NCBI GenBank assembly: GCA_951804945.1 | Contig: OX638162.1 | Span: 29,698,001 to 29,762,000 of the forward strand | Direction of reading: 5' to 3' | DNA: 64,000 nt | From: Podarcis cretensis | Taxonomy: Eukaryota | Shown: positions 20,597 through 31,899 of the stretch, piece by piece | How the letters are laid out: each line of letters opens with the position of its first letter | Numbering within the stretch: the first letter of the stretch is position 1 | Position numbers and translations under genes: made by a program | Notes under the pieces: generated by a model | What the model saw: the letters and a program-made list of their open reading frames with translations, nothing else | What the model was told of the DNA's origin: nothing | Databases searched by the model: none

Positions 20597-21224
20597 AGCC
20601 CCGATTCAGGGCACGCCAAGCTGCAAAGTAATGAGTAAAGGCTAGCGCTGCACTTCGAAACGGCTCCTAAGCCGTAGTGGCACAAGCGGACCACTCGACC
20701 GGCGAGTTCCCCCCCCAAAACCAATACGTTACCGCTGCTGCCTTCGGGTTCACTGGAGATCACCCGTGCGGCCGGAGAGAGGGGAGGAAGATGCCGGAGG
20801 GTGGCTGCGCGGACGGTAACCAGCTGGCTGGCGGCTGGCGGGCTCCCGCAGTTACGAGGTGACCGCAAAGGATAGAGTAATTCACCCGAAGAAGTCGAAG
20901 CGCTGAAGCGGTTCCTGCAGGATGAATGAGGCAATGGCAGCCGCAAGGAGAAGGTGCTCTGGCCGCTGCGAACCAGCCTTTATTCTTAGGCTAACACCGC
21001 CAGCTGTGCAGCGGAGCGGCACGAAGGAGGCAGCCGAGGTTCCTTTTCGCCGGCGAAAGAGCAGGTCGGGAAATCCTTGCAGCGGGAGTGGAGCAGTGGG
21101 AGAAACAGTAACCAAAGCCTGTAAAGGAAAACTAGAAACCGCGTAATTGAACCAAGCACAGAAACCTGCAACAAAGTATACGAACCTCCAGGAAGACCTC
21201 CAAAACGTGGGGGCGAGCCGGCGA

Positions 21225-21425
21225 AAAGAGGGCGAGCCCCCTCCGCGCTGGCCCTAAATAGGGCAAGCCACGCCCCCCAGCCGACCAGCTGATTGGCTAG
21301 CTGGGGGGGGGCAGGCCCCGACGGGGAATCCCCTGCTCTCGCGGGGGCTGGTGCCAGCCCCCGCTCACGTGGGGTGGGCGTGAGGCCCGCAACCCCACCT
21401 CCTGGGGCAGGCCCGGAAGTGGCTT
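21225..21425 (-). promoter_or_regulatory. Putative Pol II promoter of the retrotransposon
   Basis: On minus: TATTTA (21260-21255) and CCAAT (21296-21292); also GC boxes, E-box CACGTG (~21366) and ETS CCGGAAGT (21413-21420). Confidence 0.55.
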
Positions 21426-24400
21426 TTTTGAGCTCTGGCAGGATGCCACGAATACAGGCCCTTTGTTTATTACGACTTCCCAGCCTCTTATCTCCTGAAT
21501 TTCATTGTTGAATTAGTGCCTTTTAGTAGTAATTGTCTTCTGTAGTATTGATAACACTTTGCTTTGGGGAAAGAGTGTGAATTCTCCATCCCTGCTGGAG
21601 AGGATCAGGCTTGCAGGTGGTGGAAGGAGAGGTATAGCCAAGGGCAGAAAACTGCAACTCAAGTACTTCTTCCTGTGCCATTAGAGAGAAACCGAGTTCT
21701 TCTGTGAAAGCCTATGATACAAGAGTGCCTGGCCCTTTCTCAGATGGTTCTCCTATGACAACCTTCCCTAAATCAGTGGCTTCCACATGCCACCTCCCAT
21801 CAGATCCAGCATCACATGGCTGGACTGGCTGGGGTTGCAGTCCTACGTCAATTCCTCAACAAGAGATGGTTGGTCAAGAAATGAAGACGGGAGTCATCCA
21901 GTAGACATGGATTTCCAAAGAGAGAAGTGGAACAAGTCTTGAGAGCCAGAGTGTTGGGCTAGGTAAACCTCTGTCCCAGTCCAGCAAAAGCCAATTCTCA
22001 GGTGCTTATGCTTTTATTCGTGTCAGGGCATAAAAAGTCTGAAGGGGGCTGATGTAGATGCTTGTTTTCTGTGATGGAGATGCTCTCAAAAGTAGGAGGG
22101 TTGAGAGAACCTGCTTCAAATGAAAGCAAAGGTACAGATGACTAGGGAATAGGGACACACCTGTCTGGAATCCAAACATGCACCTGAGTTGGTTCTATGG
22201 TGATGGTGATGTGCCTGCTTCTGTGGGAAGCAATCCTGGCTGTCCCTACGTAGCGGTTGGATCTGGTTGGTTTCTTGAAGGTTGGCTTGGTGTGAAGAGT
22301 GTCCCCTTCAGGTAGGAAAGTGGGTCTTGGTGTGGGTGGTCAGCCACACACTTTGGGGATTAAAGAGGGAGGTAGCCAGTGAGAAGGGACTCCATCCAAA
22401 ATCCATACACCTTGCAGAGCCTGGCTTTGAAAGTTTCTTCCACCCACCCACCGAAATATGTGATTCAAATCTAATGTCACCTGGAAGCTGAGATGGGACA
22501 TTAGAGGAGATGGAGGTGGGTGAGAGAGCGGGGTTGGAATACAGAAGGAGATTAAGAGATTGATGAAAGTGAGAGAGAAAGAGAGAGGAGATAAGAGAGG
22601 CACACAGGACTGAACTATCAAGCTGAGAGAGGCGTTGCCAGGGTAACGGAAAGAATGAGGGAGAGAGAGAAAGATGGAGAGAAGAGGCAAGAATCAGAAA
22701 TGGAAGGGAAGTGAGAGGGAGGGAGAGCAGGCAATGGATTTTAAAGGGTGAATGAGAGAAGCAGATGGGTTTTAAAGGCTGAAGCGGCTGGACAGGCTGA
22801 CACACACACGACAACTAAAAAAAAAAAAAGCTGCCTATGCCCACAATCAATAATTCTAGGTGGGCTACCCTCTGGCACCTTTGCTTAGGATTGCTACCAT
22901 TCTGTGCCCAGGACATGCCGGCTGGCACAGAAGTGGCTGCCATCATGGCCAGTCTCCAGCTTCAAGGCTGCCTCCTGTGAGGAGGGAATCAATACTGTTG
23001 TTCCCCTTTGCCTCTACAGCCCATTGACATGAAAGTGTGCTTAACAGGGGCCCTCCTTGCATTGTGGTGGAGCTTGCATGCAAAATGGGTCAGGCACGGA
23101 GGCCAGCCTGCGGGTCACCACATGGCCTTCTCCTGCTTGTCTCTGGGTGACCTGATGGGCCCCTTCTTGGCCCTGCTGCGCTCATTGCCGCCTCCGCCTC
23201 CTCTAATCCTCCCCCATACCCAGCCTCCTTCCTTCCTTCTCTCTTCCTTTCTTCTCCGATGCCTGCCAGCCCCCTCTTCTCTTCTCCTTCCTCCTCTCTC
23301 CTTCCTGCCTCCTCCCCTCTCTCCTTTGTTTTGGCTGCCTCCATACACTGCTTTCTCCTTCCCCCTCCTCCCCCCACCTGCCTCTTGCTATCTTTCCCCC
23401 CTCCATTTCCTCTTTTTGTCTTCCCTTGTTCACATTTCTTTTCTCTGCACCAGCCATCCTCACCCGCACAGGGTTTAAGAGCATGCAGGCAGCTCTGGCG
23501 GAGAATGAGGTTCATTTATTTCCAGTGGTTCAAAAGTGGGAAGTTCTGAGGTTGTTCTGTCTAGCTGTTCCCTTTGCCTCAGGGTTAGTCCAAGCCTGGC
23601 TTGTCTTTCTGCTCTGCACCCAGGAAGACTGGCTTTGTATTTCAGGTGAAGAACAGTTATTCTGCCTCTTCTGGTCCTGCTAGCCCCATACTGGGGGAAG
23701 AAGCAGTATCCCCCCCCCCCATGCTCTCCTCTCTCTGTCTTAGCTTTCTGGTTCTTCCCAGTCACACAAAAAGCACATACTGAGAGGGGAGGTCCTAGGG
23801 TTCTAAGGGCTGCCTCCTAGGTCCGAGTCCTGCCTGGCCCTGCTTGCCACCTTCACAACCAAGGAGGCTGCTGTGCCCTTTCTTGTAGAAAGGAATCCAG
23901 CCCAACCTGGTGGGCGACAACATCCCAGTACCTGGGGAGGTGCAGCAGTCAGACTGCCTGCTCTTTCTAGAAGTGCAGAATTTGCCACATTTGGGGAGGC
24001 TCCTGACCTGGCATGCAGAAACCTTCCCCCCAGGTATCAGATAGAAGGCCACAAGATTTTGCTACACCCTGAGCCCTTTACAATAAAGAATAAACACAGT
24101 GCAACTGAGCCATTGTACAGGGCTCTATGGAATACCGGTATATGGTTTCTGCTAGTCTTGGGAAATGGTAAGGATATAAATGTCTGGCCTGTCATCTGGC
24201 CACTAGGCATTCCCACCACCACCATCCCTCATTCTGCCAGTGAAGCACACCCATGTTTAGATTGCAGGTTTTGCTCCATTTTCAGGAGTGCAGAATATTT
24301 GTTTAGCTCCAAAACATGGGATGCTTTCTGGTTCTAAGCTCTGCCCTTTGGTGTTCCTTTCATTTTAAAGGCTATGTCCAGAGTAGATGCCACTTTCCAT

Positions 24401-24529
24401 TGCCATGATTTTGGAGCTGCCACCTAGGGCTCTCAGCCCACAGCCCTCTGCTTGGCCAACAGGGTAATGGCTTCTCTTTCTCCCCTTTGTTCCTGCAGAC
24501 AACAGAAGCTGTGCTTGATGGTATGAGCC

Positions 24530-25954
24530 ATGGACCGCTTTGCCCACTCTGGAACACAGACAGATGCCGTGGTGGTGCTGTCTCTGGCCCAAGCAGCCGT
24601 CCTGGGCTTGGTGACTGAGAACGAGTTTTTTGGTGCCACCGTCAGCCCCGGAGGTTTCTTCTCCAGCTTCGCAGGCAGGCTCGACGGCATGTCCATGGTT
24701 GAGTTGAAGCAGCCGGAAAGCCATTGCCCTCTGGAGAATGAAGGCCAAGGTCACATCGAGCCAGCGGAGGAGGATGAAGCAGCAGAGGCTTCCTTCGGGA
24801 AACATGCCCGGAGGAGGAAGCGCCCGCCTGTGAGGCTGGTGCCAAAAGTGAAGCCTGAGAAGGGGGAGTGGGGGCAGGAAGACGGCGCTTACGAAGCATC
24901 AGTAGCAAGTGAGGGCAAGGAGGAGCAGATGGGCAACCACCCTGTGAGCCTGGAGGAGTCCCCCTGTGAGCAGACAGTGCAGAGCAGCGCTACCAAGATG
25001 ATAGATCTCAGCACATTCAACAGGAAGCCTCGACGCCTGCGGCACCTGCGGCAGCAAGCTCCAGAAGAGCTGTCCCTGGGCGGGTATGAGGAGAGGCTCC
25101 CAAGCACCCCACAAGCCAGCCTGGACAGCACTCCGGGGAGTGCAGAGGTCTTCTCCAGTGACTGTGGCTTCCAGGCTGGTGCTCCTCCTCCCTTGATCAA
25201 TCTGGAGCATCCTGTACCACACTCTCCTCCGGGGCAGGGCAAGAGCGAGCTGGGCTTTGTGTGGCAGGAGCCCCTGGACTTTGAGGCGGAGGCCCACGGC
25301 GAGCACAGCAAGAAGGTTCAGCTGGACCGCCTGGACATCAATGTCCAGATAGACGACTCCTACCTGGTGGAGAAGCGTTGGCNNNNNNNNNNNNNNNNNN
25401 NNNNNNNNNNNNNNNNNNNNNNNNNNNNNNNNNNNNNNNNNNNNNNNNNNNNNNNNNNNNNNNNNNNNNNNNNNNNNNNNNNNNNNNNNNNNNNNNNNNN
25501 NNNNNNNNNNNNNNNNNNNNNNCTCACCCACCAGGGCACGCGGCCCCACAAGTGCCAGGTGTGCCACAAGGCCTTCACCCAGACCAGCCACCTCAAGCGC
25601 CACATGCTGCTGCACTCCGACATCAAGCCCTACAGCTGCCGCTTCTGTGGCCGCGGCTTCGCCTACCCCAGCGAGCTGAAGGCCCACGAGGGCAAGCATG
25701 AGAGCGGGCGCTGCCACGTCTGCGTGGAGTGTGGCCTGGACTTCTCCACCCTCACCCAGCTCAAGCGCCACCTGGCCACCCACCAGGGGCCCACCCTCTA
25801 CCCCTGCCCAGAGTGCAACAAATCCTTCCATTACCGCAGCCAGCTGCAGAACCACATGCTCAAGCACCAGAACGTGCGGCCCTTCGTCTGCACCGAGTGT
25901 GGCATGGAGTTCAGCCAGATCCATCACCTTAAGCAGCACTCGCTGACCCACAAG
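24530..25954 (+). CDS. ZNF710: ZNF710 coding exon 1 (C2H2 zinc fingers; contains a 140-N gap)
   Basis: Acceptor TTCCTGCAG ending 24498; MDRFAHSGTQTDAVVVLSLAQAAVLGLV; LDRLDINVQIDDSYLVE; C2H2 fingers; donor AAG|GTAGGC. Confidence 0.95.
25383..25522. other. Assembly gap (140 N) inside the ZNF710 CDS
   Basis: N run. Confidence 1.
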
Positions 25955-26384
25955 GTAGGCCAGGCAGCAGAGCACCAGCTTGAAGGGCGGGGGGGGGGTG
26001 TTGGGTAACCGAAGCCTTTTCCCATCCGTGGCTCTAAGGGCTTTTATAGAGGAGTGTGTGTGTGTCTACCTGCAGTGCCCTGAAGGGGTACCCAAAGGGC
26101 TTCACCTTAGCTGGCTTGCTCTTTTTGTTGTCCTTGGTCACCACAGACCTGGATTCTGAAAAAAGAGGCCTTGCCACAATTTGGGTTAAAACAGCTTCCA
26201 TAGGAGGGAGGGAAGGAGTGGGGATCCAAAATGCCCTGGTCTCTTCCCCCTTGCTCTGAAATCCCCCAAACACTACTGAGCATGAAATCACCATGGTTAG
26301 CCCTGTCCTCCTTGGCAAAGGTGGGATTGGGTGGTACCTCTTGGCTGCAATGAAGCCTTGTTACCTGCTTGCTGTTGTCTTCAG

Positions 26385-26576
26385 GGCGTGAAAGAGTTCA
26401 AGTGTGAAGTGTGTGGGCGAGAGTTCACGCTGCAGGCCAACATGAAGCGCCACATGCTGATCCACACCAGTGTGCGCCCCTACCAGTGCCACATCTGCTT
26501 CAAGACCTTTGTGCAGAAGCAGACACTCAAGACCCACATGATCGTCCACTCGCCCGTCAAGCCCTTCAAGTGCAAG
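26385..26576 (+). CDS. ZNF710: ZNF710 coding exon 2
   Basis: AG/GT-flanked 192 nt; GVKEFKCEVCGREFTLQANMKRH...KPFKCK. Confidence 0.95.
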
Positions 26577-26980
26577 GTAGGTGGCAGAAGTGCAAAGAGC
26601 AGAGGCTGCCGCGGGTGGTGGAATATGAAGAGCCTGAGATCAGGGCTGCTGCCAGGGCAAAGCGGAGTGGCAGAGCCTGCAAAGACAGGCCAGACTCAAC
26701 TCCCAGAGGGGCAGTGGTCATTTCCAAAACACACTTCCCACATGAGCAACTGGATGCCCACATATCCACCCTCCTCTCAAGCACAGCTTAGTCATTCCGG
26801 TTTTGCCAGCTGCCTGGACTGAGCTGAATGTGGAGTGGATCCTGGTTCTTGGCCATTGGCCAGGAAGGGGAACTGGGGTGGATGCAAGCAGGTGAATCCC
26901 TCCCCTGCTGCCCACAGTCCAGGCTGCCCCAGCCTCCGCCAACAGGTGATCCTCTCCTTTTCCCACCCCACCTTCCGCAG

Positions 26981-27155
26981 GTGTGTGGGAAATCCTTCAA
27001 CCGCATGTACAACCTCCTGGGCCACATGCACTTGCATGCAGGCAGCAAACCCTTCAAGTGCCCTTACTGTTCCAGCAAGTTCAACCTGAAGGGCAACCTC
27101 AGCCGGCACATGAAGGTCAAGCATGGGGTGATGGACATCAGCCTGGACAGCCAAG
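26981..27155 (+). CDS. ZNF710: ZNF710 coding exon 3
   Basis: 175 nt; VCGKSFNRMYNLLGHMHLH...MDISLDSQ. Confidence 0.95.
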
Positions 27156-27385
27156 GTAGGTGGGGTGGGGAGGGAGCTGGAGGGATGGGTCTAAGGCATC
27201 CTACCCACCCCCCTCCAAGCCCTGAAAGACAGAGGCAGCCTTCTCATGCTGAAAGGCTGCACTGCAGCTCCCTCTGCAGGCTGTCTTGGCTTGCTGGCAA
27301 AGAAGGCTGTGGTGGCCAGTGCTGAATCCACATTGCAGCACTACCGCTCAGGTGCTGCTCATTTCTTGTCCTGTTGTCCCCTCAG

Positions 27386-27555
27386 ATCCCATGCTGGAGC
27401 TGGCAGGTGATCATGCAGAGCTGGACGGACAGCAGGAGATGGAGGACTACGAGGAGGAAAACTCATATGACTATGGGGTGGTGGGGAACCCTGCCAACGA
27501 GTCTGCCTTGACCGAACACGCCATGAAGGAAATGGCCTACTACAGCATGTTGTAG
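27386..27555 (+). CDS. ZNF710: ZNF710 last coding exon
   Basis: 170 nt; DPMLELAG...EMAYYSML*; phases join to give ~653 aa. Confidence 0.92.
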
Positions 27556-28191
27556 CCTGGGGCAGACTGGGTGAAGAAGGGGACATGCAGCTGCTTCCAC
27601 CCCCTCCAAAAAGCTCTGTTCGGGCAGCACAGAATTTGATACTCTTGCCCTCTTCAGCCGTTTAGTCCTGCACTGGATCTGTGGAAGTCTTGCTGCCACC
27701 AACCCTTGACTGGGCTCTGCCGCTGGGCTGGGCTGGCAGTACTTTTCTCTCCAGCTTGAAAGGACCAGGAGTGGACAGCACTTGCCTTAGACTACCTCCC
27801 ACAGCACCTTGCACCCAGCACAAAGAAGCAGAAGGCCTTGTAGTGGTGCTGATAGGCCAGGACCAGCCAGAGCTCAGTGCTACAGGCACCAGGCTGTACT
27901 GCAGAGCCAAACTGGATCAGCTCCTGTATGTTTCTCTTACTAACTACCTCTGCCCTGCGCAAAAAAAAAGAGGGGGACACACAGCAGGGTCTCTGCCCCA
28001 AAACCAAATGGGTCTTGAGTGCCCCTTTGCCCATCCCCTATCCCTGGCAGAGCAGTTAAGCCAGCCTGCTGTGGAGAACATCCCTGTACAGCCTGTGGCC
28101 ATCTTAAATTATTATGTCATTTCCACAAGGTGGATTGTCCCGCTTGTGCATAGATCTACTGTGTTTATTTTCTGTTCTGAAGAAATTCAGC

Positions 28192-28197
28192 AATAAA
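28192..28197 (+). terminator. ZNF710: Candidate ZNF710 poly(A) signal (second candidate at 28337-28342)
   Basis: AATAAA downstream of the stop codon. Confidence 0.5.
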
Positions 28198-28370
28198 GGA
28201 ATACTCTTTGGAAGAAGGGCCAGATGGGTTGGTGCTGAAGCAAAAGACAGGGTGTGTGGGGAGAGGTTCAAGGGGGGCTGAGACTTGCCTTTCCCCAGAA
28301 AAGAGTCACCATAACAGACAGTCGACACTGGGAAGCAATAAAAACAACAAGCCATGTGTAAAAGCTATAA

Positions 28371-28376
28371 TTTAAT
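28371..28376 (-). terminator. IDH2: Candidate IDH2 poly(A) signal ATTAAA
   Basis: ~340 nt after the IDH2 stop, followed by a TTGTTGTTTTT GU-rich element on minus. Confidence 0.55.
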
Positions 28377-28716
28377 AGCTCTATTTGGCACCATGAGGCC
28401 CAAACCACAGTACATAAATTACAGCACAAACCATTATGACCGCCTGGCAGGGGGTGGGGGGTCCAGCACTGAGACCTTCCCCCAAGCCAGCAGTAGCAGC
28501 AGCTGGGACATGTTATTGGAGCCCAAATAGGGCGGCTAAAAAGGTTTTAAAAAAACAACCAGGTTACAAAAATGTCTCTGGTTGACAGTACAAACAGCCA
28601 TAATTTGTTCTGTTAAAAATGAGGCAATCCCCTTTCCTTCATCATGTGCCTCCATGCTATGCTGTGCCCTCCTCCACCCACTACCAGTACGTTCCAGCAC
28701 CCCCCTCCAGCTCCTC

Positions 28717-28801
28717 CTATTTGCCCAGAGCTTTGTTCAGGTTGTTCTTGATAGCTTCCAGGAAGTCGGTGGTGTTCAAATAATGTTCGTTGAGCTTCAC
28801 A
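28717..28801 (-). CDS. IDH2: IDH2 exon 11
   Basis: [27 protein letters not shown]; AG acceptor. Confidence 0.95.
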
Positions 28802-28929
28802 CTGAAAATGCAGAAGGTGGGGTGGGGGAGTATGAGAAGCCCAAGCCGGTGGCAAGTTGTGCTTCCTCAACTCGTGAGAGAGAAGGTAGGAGCCACAAGC
28901 TAGCCCTGCAGCAGCCCAGGAATACTCAC

Positions 28930-29022
28930 TTGTTTAATCCATGAATGCAGCCAGCCAGATCCTTTGTCATGGCACCACTCTCCACCGTCTCAATGCAGAC
29001 CTTCTCCAGAGTCTCACCAAAC
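28930..29022 (-). CDS. IDH2: IDH2 exon 10
   Basis: 93 nt; [28 protein letters not shown]. Confidence 0.95.
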
Positions 29023-29506
29023 CTGGCCATGGAAAAAAAGAACAGCCTCTAGCACAGGAGGAAAAACAGCAAGGCCCAACATCTCCCTGCAGCCTCTGAC
29101 TGACAGGCCAGGCCCAGCCTCACTCTCGTTTTGCAGGGAGCAAAGCTTGTTTGTTTTCTCAGTCTTGCTGTGCTACTGCCGTTATTTGATTTGTGCATCA
29201 CTTGTTGAAGCAACTAGCAGATGCAGCGATATGCAGTATGGAGTGTGCCAACAACACGCTTGACGCTCACCTTCAAGCAGGTCTTTCACAACACCATCCA
29301 GGAGCCCTGCATTTCCTTCTTCAGGGTCCCCCTTTCCCCCTGGGGGGCCCAGGGCACTCTCCCATTACAATATCTGGGTCATTCTTATGCCTGTACTTCA
29401 AAAATCTCTGTCGTGAGCCTGACATAATTGCAGCCCTATTCCCTCCCCGCCAACTTGCTCTCCCACGGCAATGTTGTTTTTCATGCTGCTGGACAGTGGC
29501 CCTTAC

Positions 29507-29604
29507 TTGATGAGGTCAGCGTTGCTGTCCAATTTGCCTCTGTGCTTCAGGCCTCCTGTCCAGGCAAATATGCTTGCGATAGGGTTGGTACTGGTAGGAT
29601 TGCC
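29507..29604 (-). CDS. IDH2: IDH2 exon 9
   Basis: 98 nt; [26 protein letters not shown]. Confidence 0.95.
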
Positions 29605-30157
29605 CTGCAGGGGAGGAAAACAGGTAGGCACAGTTAATTGCCAGCCACTGCTAGAGGTAGCAGACCAGCAAGCATTTAGCTTGAGAGAGGGGGAGACCTG
29701 TATCCCTCCATGGGCTATTGGACCCCATCAGTCTCGGTTAGCATGGACAATACTTAAAGAGACTTAAAGCAACATTAGAGGACTACAGTTTCCCTATCCC
29801 TAGTCTGGTGAGAACGCAGATGCAGCAAGTTGGCCAGAAGAGGGCGCTCACATCCCTCCCACTGGTCTATTTCATTCATTTATTTTATTGACTATATTTA
29901 TATCCTCCAATCACAGTGTTCACTGGGGAGCTTACAGCAATAAAACATTAAAATAAAATGGCAAAACTATAATAAGCGGCATATTTTCAGCAGCAACAAG
30001 CAAACTAGCACAATCTAAGACTCAGTAGATTAAAAGGGTGAAGCTATTTAAAGCCTGGGAAGCTGAAAGGGTCTTCACCTGGTACAGAAAAGAGTGAGAC
30101 AATATGCCTAAAGAAGGGGCCAGGTGAGCCCCCTCCACAGCCACCCAGTTGACCCAC

Positions 30158-30270
30158 CTTCTGGTGCTCCCGGTAGTGGCGTGTAACAGTGCCGTGAGCT
30201 GCCTCCGCTTCGATGGTCTTCCCATCTGGGCAGACGAGGACGGAAGTCATGAGGCCGAGTGAGCCAAACC
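30158..30270 (-). CDS. IDH2: IDH2 exon 8
   Basis: 113 nt; [38 protein letters not shown]. Confidence 0.97.
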
Positions 30271-30754
30271 CTAGGAAAAAAGCCAAACTCCTGTTGGCTG
30301 TCTCTGCAACAGCAGCTTTCCACACCTTCCTCTGTGGGGAAGGGGAGGTCCCTGGGCCCCTTTGTTTCTGTGCCTATGAGGTGCTCCCCTCTGGAGCATG
30401 GGGTGCCTGGCACTCTATATCAACAGATTAAAGCCAAGTGCTCAGCTGACTCGCAAGGAAGGAAGAAACATTTGAATTCTCTAGCTTCACCATCAGCGGA
30501 GCATCTGATCTGCCAACCCACTCTGCAGAACAGACAACTGCAGCAGAGCTGGAGAACAGCCACAGGGAGAGAAAAGCCCATCTTCTGAGATGCTAGTCAG
30601 AAGGGCAGGAAGTGGGCTGTAAAATGTTCTGGCCTTGCCTTGTGCAGTCTCCCTTCTGAGAACCATTAATCTCACAAAGACCTCAGCAACATGGCTTCCC
30701 CCCTTGAGAGCAGAAACCTGCCCTTTTGAGTGCTATGCAGTCTTGGAGAAAGAC

Positions 30755-30885
30755 AATAGCTCAGTAGCAGAGTGCGTGCTTTGCGCATACAAGATCCCAG
30801 TTCCATCCCCAGCATCTCCAGAGAGGGCTGGGAAAGGCTCCTGGTGAGGTGCTGCCAGTTAAGATGAACCAGTGGCAGCTCCCTA
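30755..30885 (+). mobile_element. tRNA-derived SINE (Squam3-like), degraded
   Basis: ATAGCTCAGTAGCAGAG...CCCAGCATCTCCA head. Confidence 0.6.
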
Positions 30886-30899
30886 CATGGGAGGGTCTA

Positions 30900-31241
<342 letters not shown>

Positions 31242-31439
31242 TCATGCAGCATCAACCCTCTAATCCTCCTCACACAGCACCTCCAACCCATCCCAACAGG
31301 GAGGTGCTCTGGCACTTAGGATCTCACCTCTGGCACTTAGGATCTCAGCAGGAAATGCTGGGTTTTGGGGAAGGTGGGAGAAAGCAACTCCCACCCACAG
31401 CTTCCTGGCTTAAGCCAAGAGGGGGGTCAGAAGGGCTTA

Positions 31440-31652
<213 letters not shown>

Positions 31653-31755
31653 TCAAAGGGGAGCAGCAGGTCCCCAGGATGCAGCAGCCAGCCTCACCCC
31701 ATGGAGGGGACCCACGAAGCAACTAATGCAGGGGTCTAGCTGGCATTGCCCTCAC

Positions 31756-31899
31756 CTCATCTGTATTGTACATGCCCATGCCGACGCCTCCGCCGGGGAA
31801 GTTGTACACCTCCCACTCCTTGACTCCGCTGCCATCCTTGGGAGTGAAGACCATCTTAAACGTCCCAGACTTGTCCACAACAAAATCTGTGGCTCTATA
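31756..31899 (-). CDS. IDH2: IDH2 exon 5
   Basis: 144 nt; [15 protein letters not shown]...GMGMYNTDE. Confidence 0.97.

Larger units (their letters stand above)
13783..21431 (-). mobile_element. Ngaro-like tyrosine-recombinase retrotransposon (DIRS order) with SGNH hydrolase ORF
   Basis: Minus-strand ORF order gag, RT/RH, YR, SGNH; no integrase, protease or methyltransferase domain seen; sharp CpG enrichment versus flanks; TTGA at both inferred ends (13783-13786, 21428-21431). Boundaries are inferred. Confidence 0.9.

Noticed and set aside
20584-21174. Short ORFs in the element leader
   Set aside because: Mostly non-ATG starts and no domain similarity; cannot be supported as CDS
24899-25975. 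358-aa minus-strand ORF
   Set aside because: Antisense shadow of the GC3-rich ZNF710 zinc-finger exon, and it spans the N gap
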